DNA of 64,000 bases from positions 54,002,001 to 54,066,000 of the forward strand of contig OZ024744.1 in the NCBI GenBank assembly GCA_964016885.1, in the 5' to 3' direction. The stretch is from Eledone cirrhosa. Lineage: Eukaryota. Shown here in pieces: positions 1-11,400 of this stretch. A program made the translations under genes and the position numbers. The notes under the pieces were generated by a model. It was not told where the DNA came from and did no database searches. It worked only from the letters and a program-made list of their open reading frames with translations. The stretch's first letter is position 1. Every line of letters begins with the position of its first letter.

Positions 1-3000
1 GAGAAGAGGGGGGAAAAAGTAAAACTTAAAAAACAAAAACTAAGTCAGACATTCGAATACTACATTACAATGAAACTTATGCTTATTCATTTTTGGGGCC
101 CTTTCTGCCCGTGTGTTTGTTTGTTTATGTGTGTCCGTATACAGCGTGGTGATAATGCCACACAAGGGCCAAGTGGGATGGCGGATCCACAGATGGCTAT
201 GTAAACATACGTTCGCCAATCCTCGATAAGAGTGTTTAAATATCGAACATAAACAGTTCGAATAACGGTGAAATGGAGACTAGAACGTCATGTGACAGAC
301 TCTCACCCAACAGGTGCCCCCTGGCTCAGCAGCAGGAACCTGACTATCAACCAAATACTGCTGATGTTGGAGGAAGAAGAAGAAGGAAAGGGGTCAGAAC
401 CAACTGGACGAAAGAATTGAATAGAACTGTTATGCAATGCTACCTGAAAAGTAACCCCAAGGAGAGGGGGTACAGGAGACGGATGCATAACATCTGGAAC
501 GAGATTGGTTTATTTAAATTAGATGAACAAAAATTGGCCGGGCAGGCTCGGGTAATAAGAACTAATGGGTGGATAAGCGAGCTGGAACTGGAGGAACTGA
601 GCAGAGAGAATGGCTTGGAGATGGCGGGTGTAGTATGCCAGACAAGCGAGCCGGCGGGAAATGAAGGTGAGGAGGTCCTGAGAACGGAGGAACCACCCGA
701 AGCAGACAATGATCTGAATACTGAGATAAATAATACCTGGAACAGAGATACGGCCACTGAGGAGATGAATGCTGACGGGCTAGGACAAGATTCGGTTGAC
801 ATCCTAAATTTAGTGGTAGATGAGTTGAACAATGATAGTGGGAGACCTATGAACCTAAGATTTGTAGACAGGAAAAAGTTAAAAGAAACAACAGCTAAGG
901 TAAACAAAGTCATCCCATACCTTGAGGCGAGGAGTCTTCACCAGTGCAACAATATCCTCAAAGCAACAGCAAATACGGTGAGGAAACTACTTGGTATAAA
1001 AGCGAGAGGAAACAACAGACAAGAAAGAGCAGAGCCGTGGTGGAAGAAGCGACTGAGTGGGCAAATCGGGGAAATGAGAAATGACATAGGAAAGCTTGAG
1101 TCACTGCTGAATGGGACACTAAAAAACATAGGCACTAAAAATAGACTGGAAATAAAATACAAAACTAGGAGTAAAAAGCTAAATATTATCATAGAGGAAT
1201 TGAAGCAACGCATTGTAGCAAAGAGTGCCAAAATCAGGCGATACGAGAACAGAGTCAGTCAGTATAAACAGAACCGCATGTTCGACAACAACCAGAAGAT
1301 GCTGTTTGGACAGCTTGAGGGGAAAGAAAGAGGCAACGACTTGATCCCTGGGGCGGAACAAGCTAAAACATTCTGGAGAGGAATATGGGAGCAGGATGTT
1401 AGACACAATGCCCAGGCAGGGTGGATTGAGACAGTACAGAGGGAGATCGGTGAGCAGGCACAACAACAGACTGATTTGAGTATCACAGTTGAAACTCTTA
1501 AGGGGCAAGCCAAAAAACTAACCAACTGGAAATCACCAGGCCCAGATGGTGTGCAGGGGTATTGGATTAAACATCTAACATCCCTCCACCCGAAGCTGAC
1601 GGCCATGTTCAATGACTGCTTGGTGTCGGGTGAGGTGCCAGAGTGGTTGACAAAAGGTACCACAGTTCTGATAATGAAAGACCGAAGCAAGGGTAATGAT
1701 GTTACCAACTATAGACCTATCACATGTCTGCCCGTAATGTGGAAACTGTTGACGAGCATTGTGTCTGAGGAAATCTACCATCACCTCCACACAAACAACT
1801 TGTTACCGGACGAACAGAAAGGATGCCGAAAGAAGTCACGTGGTACAAAGGACCAGTTGCTTATTGATAAGATGGTAATGGGGAATTGCAGGAGGAGACA
1901 CACTGATCTTGCCATGGGATGGATAGACTACAGAAAGGCATTTGACATGGTGCCTCATTCCTGGATCACCAAAAGCCTGGAGATCTTCAGGGTGGCAGAT
2001 AACATCAGACAGTTGCTGGGCAGGAGTATGGGGTCCTGGGAGACAGAGTTGACATCAACTGGAGTATCCTTGGGAAGCGTGAAGATCAAGAGAGGTATCT
2101 TCCAGGGAGATAGCCTGTCCCCTCTGTTGTTTGTCCTTGCCCTGATGCCCTTGACCATTATGCTGCGAAAAGTGAGAGCAGGATACAAGTTGGGAAGGGG
2201 AGAGCTTACCATCAATCACCTCCTCTTCATGGACGATCTTAAGCTCTTCGGGAAAAGTGAGAAGGAGTTGGATGTGCTTGTTGACACTGTCCGTATTTTC
2301 AGCAGTGATATATGTATGCAGTTTGGTATTGGTAAATGTGGAGTCATTGTGATGAGGAGGGGTAGGTTGAGCAGAAGTAACGGGATCCAGATACCAACAG
2401 GTGAGATGATAAAGGAAATTGACTCTGAGGAAGGATACAAGTATTTGGGCGTTCTGGAGGCTGATGGCATAAAGAACAAAAAAATGAAGGAATTGTTAAG
2501 AACTGAATACATTCGGAGAGTAAGGAGCGTATTGAAGTCACATCTGAACAGCAGAAATGCCATAAGCGCAGTAAATTCCCGAGCTGTGTCTATTATTAGG
2601 TACAGTGCGGGAATTCTGAGATGGAATGTTGCTGAACAAAAAGAAATGGATAGGAAGACTAGGAAGCTATTGACTATCTACAACATGTTCCACAAGAGGA
2701 GTGATGTCGATAGACTCTACCTAAGGAGATCTGAGGGTGGAAGAGGTCTTATCAGCATAGAGGACTGTGTTCAGATGGAGAAAAACAACCTATACAAATA
2801 CGTGACCTATAGTAAGGAGCCAATGCTCAGAGCTGTACTGAAGGAGGGGACAGTAGGCCAGGGGATATCCAAGGAGGAAATAACATCAAGGAGGAAGAGC
2901 AGCCTTAAGGGAAAATCCCTTCATAGTACCTTCTTTGAGAAAACTGAATTTAGAGATCCACAGACATGGAACTGGTTGAGAAGAGGAGACCTCAAAAAGG

Positions 3001-3739
3001 CTACAGAAGGAATGCTAATGGCTGCGCAGGAGCAGGCCCTCAAAACGAAGTGGTTGAAGCACCATATCTACAAGGAGGAGGCTAGCCCACTGTGCAGGAT
3101 CTGTGGAGAGAGAGAGGAGACTGTGGCCCACATTGTGTCCGAGTGTAAACACCTAGCCCAGACCCACTATAAGGGCTGGAGACACGATGTGATGGGCAGG
3201 GTGATCCACTGGCACCTGTGCAAAGTAAACAATCTACCACATTCTGAGAAATGGTATGAGCATAGGCCAGAGGCGGTGATGGAGAACAGTCAGGTGAAGG
3301 TGCTGTGGGATTTTAGGATACAGACGGACAAAAAACTGGAACACAATAGACCTGACCTGGTGGTTGTGGACAAAGAAAAAAGATCGTGCCTGATTGTGGA
3401 TGTGGCCTGCCCGTTCGACACGAGAGTGCAAGAGAAGGAGAGGGAGAAAATTAACCGATACCAGGACCTAAAGTGGGAGGTGAAAAGGATTTGGAACTGC
3501 CATGAAGTCAAAGTGATCCCGATTGTCATAGGCGCACTGGGGACTATCTCCAAAGGTTTCCAGGGATGGTTAAAGAAAATCGGCCCCTTCACGCTTTTTG
3601 GAACGCTTCAAAAGGCATGCTTGCTTGGAACGGCAAGAACCCTCCGATACGTCCTGAATAACTGAGGCTGCAGGTAGTGGCTTGATATTCAATCCAACGG
3701 ACTTTCCAGTTAACCAACATCAATGACTGAGATTCAAGG
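1..3739 (+). mobile_element. R4/Dong-clade RLE non-LTR retrotransposon, copy 1 (5' end lies before the window)
   Basis: Single RT+RLE ORF, ~75-nt 3' UTR running directly into (AAT)n; near-identical to the reverse complement of 43153-46890. Confidence 0.9.
273..3665 (+). CDS. Intact 1130-aa reverse transcriptase / restriction-like endonuclease polyprotein (R4/Dong type)
   Basis: RT motifs KSPGPDG, NYRPITCL, IDYRKAFD, GIFQGDSLSP, LFMDD; CCHC knuckle CRICGEREETVAHIVSEC; RLE motifs RHD, RPDLVVVD..IVDVAC, K..Y. Confidence 0.93.
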   Translation: METRTSCDRLSPNRCPLAQQQEPDYQPNTADVGGRRRRKGVRTNWTKELNRTVMQCYLKSNPKERGYRRRMHNIWNEIGLFKLDEQKLAGQARVIRTNGWISELELEELSRENGLEMAGVVCQTSEPAGNEGEEVLRTEEPPEADNDLNTEINNTWNRDTATEEMNADGLGQDSVDILNLVVDELNNDSGRPMNLRFVDRKKLKETTAKVNKVIPYLEARSLHQCNNILKATANTVRKLLGIKARGNNRQERAEPWWKKRLSGQIGEMRNDIGKLESLLNGTLKNIGTKNRLEIKYKTRSKKLNIIIEELKQRIVAKSAKIRRYENRVSQYKQNRMFDNNQKMLFGQLEGKERGNDLIPGAEQAKTFWRGIWEQDVRHNAQAGWIETVQREIGEQAQQQTDLSITVETLKGQAKKLTNWKSPGPDGVQGYWIKHLTSLHPKLTAMFNDCLVSGEVPEWLTKGTTVLIMKDRSKGNDVTNYRPITCLPVMWKLLTSIVSEEIYHHLHTNNLLPDEQKGCRKKSRGTKDQLLIDKMVMGNCRRRHTDLAMGWIDYRKAFDMVPHSWITKSLEIFRVADNIRQLLGRSMGSWETELTSTGVSLGSVKIKRGIFQGDSLSPLLFVLALMPLTIMLRKVRAGYKLGRGELTINHLLFMDDLKLFGKSEKELDVLVDTVRIFSSDICMQFGIGKCGVIVMRRGRLSRSNGIQIPTGEMIKEIDSEEGYKYLGVLEADGIKNKKMKELLRTEYIRRVRSVLKSHLNSRNAISAVNSRAVSIIRYSAGILRWNVAEQKEMDRKTRKLLTIYNMFHKRSDVDRLYLRRSEGGRGLISIEDCVQMEKNNLYKYVTYSKEPMLRAVLKEGTVGQGISKEEITSRRKSSLKGKSLHSTFFEKTEFRDPQTWNWLRRGDLKKATEGMLMAAQEQALKTKWLKHHIYKEEASPLCRICGEREETVAHIVSECKHLAQTHYKGWRHDVMGRVIHWHLCKVNNLPHSEKWYEHRPEAVMENSQVKVLWDFRIQTDKKLEHNRPDLVVVDKEKRSCLIVDVACPFDTRVQEKEREKINRYQDLKWEVKRIWNCHEVKVIPIVIGALGTISKGFQGWLKKIGPFTLFGTLQKACLLGTARTLRYVLNN

Positions 3740-3796
3740 AATAACAATAACAATAATAATAATAATAATAATAATTATAATAATAATAATAATAAT
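3740..3796. repeat. (AAT)n microsatellite between Dong copies 1 and 2
   Basis: Direct reading. Confidence 0.95.
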
Positions 3797-6700
3797 GGGG
3801 AAGAAGACGCACATGGTGGAAAGAAGGTCATGAAATCGCTCCCGTAAGTTTTTGATTTTTAACATATTTAAATCAATTGTGAAATAACAATTCTTAGTAC
3901 AAATGCTGCATAAGCACCAGACTCAAGTCTCAGGAAAATTCGGATCCATAATATATTGTTATATCGCTCAAATATTCAATTTTGTAATATACATTATACA
4001 TTCAAAAAAGAAAATGGTTAGAAATGGAAAAAAAAACCTCTGTCTACACTATATAGAACAGCCAAATAACAGCAATTTCACCAACACCACAAACTAGATA
4101 CACCACCTACCCCATCACTCCTCTGTGTACACTAAATACAACAGCCAGATAACGGCAATTTCACCACCACCACCGCCAATCCCAGCATAATAATTATAAT
4201 TACTATTATTATTGTCTCAAGTTTTCACAAAATGTTTAATTCCAATATTAAGAAAAATATGTCAACACATATACGCGACTAACCACATAGATTCACCGAT
4301 CAAACAAAAATACAGTCTATTCAACAAAACTCAGTAACGACAACGCCATCACTACAATCACCGCCGCCACCACCCATCCATCATTGCTACCACTATCCCA
4401 TCGCCGCCGCCGCCACTCCTTCATTGCTGCCACCGCTATTCCCCCATTACCTTCTGTTAACTTACGAAAGGGGAAGGCGGCGGTATCACTAGACAATGTT
4501 AATAAACAAGATTAATATTTAATTTTGGATCAGGAAAGTTAGAGTCGAAAAGGAGATAAAAATGGCAAAATGACGAAATAGCTAAATAGCTAAAGATAAT
4601 TTCACCACCAACACCACCACTACTACCACGATGAAAACTATGGTCAAGTTGCCTCGGCCGTTATTTCTACTCCAACTTCAACACCATCGCTACAGTACTA
4701 CGATCACATCACCACCGCCACTGCCTCATTATCGCTGCCGCCGCTATTCTCACCCACTGCCTCCTGCTAGGTACTACTAGCACAGCACCGCCACCACCAC
4801 CACCACCGCCACTGCCTCATTATCACTGCTGCCTCTATTCTCTCCCACTAGCCCCTGCTACATCGTAGTGTCCCCACTAAATGAGGAAGGCATCAAAATA
4901 TATAAATAGACTGAATTGATCACCCGGTCAAAATCAAAAAAACAAAGTTCAAAATCAAAGCAGCACAGCAACAACGAAAAACGTAAAGAAAAGAAATATG
5001 AAGAGGAAAACAAACAGACGGACAGAGAAGGGAAGGGAAGGGAAAAACTAAGTCAGACATTCAAATATTACATTACAATGAAACTTATGCTTATTCAATT
5101 TTCGGTTTTTTTTTGCCTGTTTGTTTGTTTATTTATGTTCGTCTACAGCGTGATAATGCCACACAAAAATCAACGGGAGTGACGAAATCACGGGGGGTGA
5201 TGAAATCACCGGTGGTTATGTAACCATACATTCGCCAATCCTCGATAAGAGTGTTTAAATGTCGAACCTAAACAGTTCGAATAACGGTGAAATGGAGACT
5301 AGAATGTCATGTGACATACTCTCACCCAACAGGTGCTCCCTGGCTCAGCAGCAGGGACCTGGCTGTCAACCAGGTGGATAAGCGAGCTGGAACTGGAGGA
5401 ACTGAGCAGAGAGATTAGCTTGGAGATGGAGAGTGGAGTATAGCAGGCAAACGAGCCAGTGGGAAATGAAGGTGAAGAGGTCGAGAGAACGGAGGAACCA
5501 CCCGAAGCAGAGAATGATCTGAATGCTGAGATAAATAATACCTGGAACAGAGATACGGCCACCGAGGAGATGAATGCTGACGGGCTAGGACAAGATTTGG
5601 TTGATATCCTAAACTTAGTGGTAGATGAATTGAACAATGATAGTGGGAAACCTATGAACCTAAGATTTGTAGACAGGAAAAAGTTAAAAGAAACAACAGC
5701 TAAGGTAAACAAAGTCATCCCATACCTTGAGGCGAGGAGCCTTCAGCAGTGCAACAATATCCTCAAAGCAACAGCAAATGCGGTGAGGAAATTACTTGGT
5801 ATAAAAGCGAGAGGAAACAACAAACAAAAAAGATCAGAGCCTTGGTGGAAGAAACGACTGAATGGTCAAATCAGGGAAATGAGAAATGTCATTGGAAAGC
5901 TTGAGTCCCTACTGAATGGGACACTAAAAATAGACTGGAAATAAAGTACAAAACTAGGAGGAAAAAGCTAAATATTATCATAGAGGAACTTAAGCAACGC
6001 ATTGTAGCAAAGAATGCATAAATCAGGCGATACGAGAACAGAGTCAGTCAGTAAAAACAGAACCGCATGTTTGACAACAACCAGACGATGCTGTTTGGAC
6101 AGCTTGAAGGGAAAGAAAGAGGCAACGACTTGATCCCTGAGGCGGAACAAACGAAGATTCTGGAGAGGAATATGGGAGCAGGATGTTAAACATAATGACC
6201 AGGCAGTGTGGATTGAGACAGTACAAAAGGAGATTAGTGAACAGGCACACCAACAAACTGATTTGAGTATCACAGTTGAAACTCTTAAGGGGCAGGCCAA
6301 AAAACTAACCAACTGGAAATCACCAGGCCCAGATGGTGTGCAGGGGTATTGGATTAAAAATATAACATGCCTCCACCCGAAACTGACAACCATGTTCAAT
6401 GACTGCTTGATGCCAGGTGAGGTACCAGAGTGGTTGACAAAAGGTACCACAGTTCTGGTAATGAAAGACCGAATCAAGGATAATGTTGTTACCAACTATA
6501 GACCTATCACATGTCTGTCCGTAATGTGGAAACTGTTGACAAGCATTATGTCTGAGGAAATCTACCATCACCTCCACACAAACAACTTGTTACCGGACGA
6601 ACAGAAAGGATGCCGAAAGAAGTCCCGTGGTACAAAGGACCCGTTACTTATTGATAAGATGGTAATGGGGAATTGCAAGAGGAGACACACTGGTCTTGCC

Positions 6701-8408
6701 ATGGGATGCATAGACTACAAAAAGGCATTTGACATGGTGCCTCATTCTTGGATCATCAAAAGCCTAGAGATCTTCAAGGTGGCAGATAACATCAGACAGT
6801 TGTTGGGCAAAAGTATGAAGTCCTGGAAAACAGAGTTAACATCAGCTGGAGAATCCTTGGGAGGCGTGAAGATCAAGAGAGGAAATTGACACTGAAGAAG
6901 TATACAAGCATTTGGGTGTTCTGGAGGCTGATGACATCAAGAACAAAAAAATGAAGGAATTGATAAGATCTGAATACATTCGGAGAGTAAGGAGCGTATT
7001 AAAGTCACATCTGAACAGTAGGAATTCCATAAGTGCAGTAAATTCCGAGCTGTGTTTATTATTAGGTACAGTGCGGGAAATCTGAGATGGAATGTTGCTG
7101 AACAAAAAGAAATGGATAGGAAGACTAGGAAACTATTGACTATCTACAACATGTTCCACAAGAGGAGTGATGTCGATAGACTCTACTTAAGGAGATCTGA
7201 AGGTGGAAGAGGTCTTATCAGCATAGAGAACTGTGTTCAGATGGAGAAAAGCAACCTACACAAATACGTGACTGATAGTAAGGAGCCAATGCTCAGAACT
7301 GTACTGAAGGAGAGGACAATAGACCAGGGGATGTCCAAGGAGGAAATAACTGTTTCTACTTTAGGCACAAGGCCAGCAATTACCCAGTGCATTACTGGTA
7401 CTTTATTTTATCGACCCCGTAAGGATGAAAGGCAAAGTCAACCTTGGCGGGATTTGAACTCAGATCGTAAAGGGACGTAACTATGCTGGAAAGCATGGCG
7501 TCCGACCCTCTATCGATACTGCCAATCCACAATGCCTAAGGAGGAAATAACAACAAGGAGAAAGAGCAGCCTTCATGAAAAATCCCTTCATAGTACCTTC
7601 TTTGAGAAAACTGAATTAAGAGATCCAAATACATGGAACTGGTTGAAAAGAGGAGACCTTAAAAAGGCTACAGAAGGAATGTTAATGACTGCGCAAGAGC
7701 AGGCCCTCAAAACGAAGTGGTTGAAACACCATATTTACAAGGAGGAGGCTAACCCACTGTGCAGGATCTGTGGAGAGAGAGAGGAGACTGTGGCTCACAT
7801 TGTATCCGAGTGTAAACACCTAGCCCAGACTCACTATAAGGGCTGGAGACGTGATGTGATGGGCAGGGTGATCCACTGGCACCTATGCAAAGTAAACAAT
7901 TTACCACATTCTGAGAAGTGGTATGAGCATAAGCCAGAGTCGGTGATAGAAAACGATCAAGTGAAGGTGCTGTGGGATTTTAGGATACAGACGGACAAGA
8001 AACTGGGACACAATAGACCTGACCTGGCGGTTTTGGACAAAGAAAAAAGATCGTGCCTGATTGTGGATGTGGCCTGCCCATTCGACACGAGAGTGCAAGA
8101 GAAAGAGAGGGAGAAAATTAACCGATACCAGGATTTAAAGTGGGAGGTAAAAAGGATTTGGAACTGCCATGAAGTGAAAGTGGTCCCGATTGTCATAGGC
8201 GCACTAGGTACTATCTCAAAAAGTTTCCAGGGATGGTTAAAGAAAATTGGCCCCGCCACACTTTTTGGAACACTTCAAAGGGCATGCTTGCTGGGAACAG
8301 CAAGAACCATCCGATACGTCCTGAATATCTGAGGCTGGAGGTAGGGGCTTGATATTCATTTCAACAAACGTTCCAGTTAAGTAACATCAATGACTGAGAC
8401 TCAAAGAA
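3797..8408 (+). mobile_element. R4/Dong-clade element copy 2, full span but decayed (internal deletions near 5372 and 6882, stops/frameshifts, SINE insertion)
   Basis: ORF fragments 5459-5944, 6206-6889, 7052-7350, 7532-8332 match the copy 1 protein; 5' end (gaagacgcac..ggtcatgaaatcgctcccgtaag) matches the 5' end of copy 3. Confidence 0.9.
7351..7530 (-). mobile_element. tRNA-derived SINE with Nin/Deu-like core, inserted in the Dong ORF
   Basis: A box TGGCAGTATCG, B box GAGTTCAAATCC, core gcctttcatccttacggggtcgataaaataaagtaccag; ~20-bp target duplication atg(tcc/cct)aaggaggaaataac. Confidence 0.8.
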
Positions 8409-8409
8409 C

Positions 8410-8460
<51 letters not shown>
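8409..8460. repeat. (AAT)n shared by the 3' ends of Dong copy 2 and Tx1 copy a
   Basis: Direct reading. Confidence 0.95.
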
Positions 8461-8461
<1 letters not shown>

Positions 8462-11400
8462 CTTTCTTTATTAACCACAAGGGTCTACATAAAGTAGACA
8501 TTAAGGACAGTACAGGACAACAGAGGGCGGTATAAATGGGCATTTCTGCATGTAAAAAAACGAGAAACAGAGGATGTAATAATAGAACGATGAAAAAATT
8601 CAGCAATAGTGGGGGGGTGGGAGACTTCCGAGGGACATTCGTGGAGAAAACCCATTAAAAAGCCACAGTGACCCTGACCACCAGGGAAAGTGCCCTCTCC
8701 CAGTTTTCCACCTTTAATTTACAGACACATACTCAGAGTAGGCCCATTCACTCGGGCCATTCTTGACTCTCTCACCCATCTTTTAACAAAATGCTGGGAA
8801 GAGAGCACTTCCCTTTCTACCCTGATTTTCCTTTTTAAATGAAATTTGAAAAAGTTAATCAGGGCATCACTGAAGAGGTAAGGGCTCGTCTTCAGCCCTT
8901 TCAAACGTGTCCACCATACTATCTCTTTCGCCATGGCCACCAGACAGATAAAGACTGCCTGCCCTTCCCGGCTAAAGGAGAAGGGCGGGGCGATCCTCAC
9001 GATGGACTCAGATGATAACCGGATCCGTCCTACACGCGACAGCAGGTGTTCGACATAAACCCACAAGTCAGCAATTTGCGGACACTGGACGAGTGCGTGC
9101 AGGACGGTTTCGTCGCCCTGCGCGCATCTCGGACATGCCCGGCTGACGGCACCTCCATGCCTGTAGAGTTTATCCCGAACTGGCAAGATTCCTCGGTAGC
9201 ACTGCCAGGCCAGAGATTTCTGGAAGTTGTCCATAGGCCCTGGCCGAAAGTTCTTCCGAAGAGATTGGCTAGTTGATTTTCGTCGACGCCTAGAGTTTCC
9301 CCAAGTACGTCGTCGCTCTTCCCCTTTACTAATCCTCTATAGAACGCCGAGGTGGAGTTTCCACCGATCACATTGCCCGATTGGTCGAGGGCTGTGAGCG
9401 CCTGAAGACATTCCAGTCTCCAGGCGCTCCCTCTCGGTCTTCGATTGACCCAGGACTGCAGCTCCGTCAAGGAAACGAGCTGGGGAAATACGTGTCTAGC
9501 AAACGGCGACCACACCTGATCACCGTCGAGGAAGAGGTGGAGATGACGGATCCTGAGCGCGTCCCTACGCATCATCAGCCACAGCATGCCCAGCCCTCAA
9601 CGTAGCGGATGTTGACAACAGATGGACCGCCTGACCATAGGAGCGCGTCCCTTCCACAAAGAGCGAAAGAGTAAACGCTCCAGCGCAGTCAAGCGAAGCT
9701 TAGGACAAGGTACAACGGTCATGCGGTAGCAGATGACAGACGCGATGTACGCATTAGCCACCTCTGCTCGACCTTTCAGGGATAGCTTGCTCTCCGCCCA
9801 TTTCTGGGTGAGAGAAGCCACCCTGCTCGTCACCTCGTCCCAGTTTTTGTCCGTCTGGAGGTCCGGACCGAACCAGACCCCTAGCAATTTAACCGGTCCG
9901 TCCGTCCAGCGTCCGACGCCGCTGTTGGACGGCATGGACCTGCCTCTCCAGGTGCCGAGCTGCAGGCCCACTGACTTTTCCTGGTTGATCATTGCTCCTG
10001 TCACCGCTTCGTATTCTCTTAGTGTAGTGCCGATCGCCTCGATGTATTTGGCGTTCGACACCACTACGGTGACATCGTCCGCATATGCTGACACGGATCT
10101 TCCGCATCCTAGTTCGCGCGGGACGCCCCTCAACGTCTCCAGTTTGTGCAGTAATGGCTCGAGAGTCAATACGTACAATAGGGATGAGAGGGGAGATCCT
10201 TGGCGGACCGAGCGCATGATGTTGAACGGTTCCGAAAGGTGAGCGTTCACACTCACCACAGAGCAGATGTCGCTGTGCATGGCAGCGATCCAGCCTCTGA
10301 AGACGGGCCGAAATCCAGCCGCCCTCAGGACTGCCGCTAGGTAACGATGGTCGACCGTATCGAAAGCTTTCGACTGATCTAAATTGATCAAGGACGCACT
10401 CGTGCAAGGTTCCCTAGCTACCCTCTCTACGATGTATCGCATGAGGTGGAAATTGTCGTGGATGGATCTGTCGGGAATGGCGGATGTCTGCGCCTCTCCC
10501 GCCAAACCACCAACGACAAGCGCCAACCTCTTTGCTAGGACCTTGGCCGGAAATTATCTATGTTATCCCCCTTGTTCGGATCCTTTCTCAGCAGTGCCAC
10601 CGCTCCACGGCTCATAGAATTTGGAATTCTCCCGTTCTGTTGCCAGTTGCAGTAGACGTCCGCCAAGAGTCCTCCGAACAAGTCTGGCATCTGTACGTAA
10701 AGTTCATAGGGCAGACCATCGAAACCAGGCGATTTACTCCTTGTGCAGCCAGTCATTGCCTCCCGTACTGCTGTTATCGGCTTTTTGCAACACCTCGCCT
10801 CAGTGGCCGAGAGCCGCGGCAGTCCGTCGAGGTAGACACTAAAGTCCATCCATCGACCCGGCCCACCGCTGCCCCCGAACAGCTGAGCGAAGTGTCGCTG
10901 AAAAGCTTCGCACATTTTCCCGGGATCGAGTGGCATGCGCCCGTCGTCGTCCACCAAAGACCGGATCGTGGCTTGTTGCCACGACGCGCCTCAGCCACTC
11001 GGGCCCATTGAACGGCTTTCGTCCCCTCGTGTCTGAGAGCACGCACCCTTGCCCTGACAACGCAGCCTTCGTGCTTTGCATTGAAGAATTGGTCAAGGGC
11101 CAATTTCGCCGCAAGCACGTCGGTCCAATGCCTTTGCTAAGCGCCTCGTCTAATTTTCTAACTAGTTCTCCCTCTGCTCTATTTTTCTCTATTGCTAAGG
11201 CCTTTCTAAACCTAATCGATTCTATTCTAATCGCTCTTTTCAGAGCAAACTACCACTTGTTGTTGACGATGGCCCCCGTCAACGCCCGCTTAACTAGTTC
11301 GCTAATCCGGCCTCTGTAGCCCTTGCGCGCTGGTAAGGATGCGTTTAGCTACCAATAGCCGGGTCCTCGTCTATGAAGCCTATCTAAGTCAAGCACACAG

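Noticed and set aside
440-3592. Numerous short antisense or alternative-frame ORFs overlapping Dong, Tx1 and RTE coding regions
   Set aside because: Shadow ORFs with no motifs; they recur only because the elements are repeated
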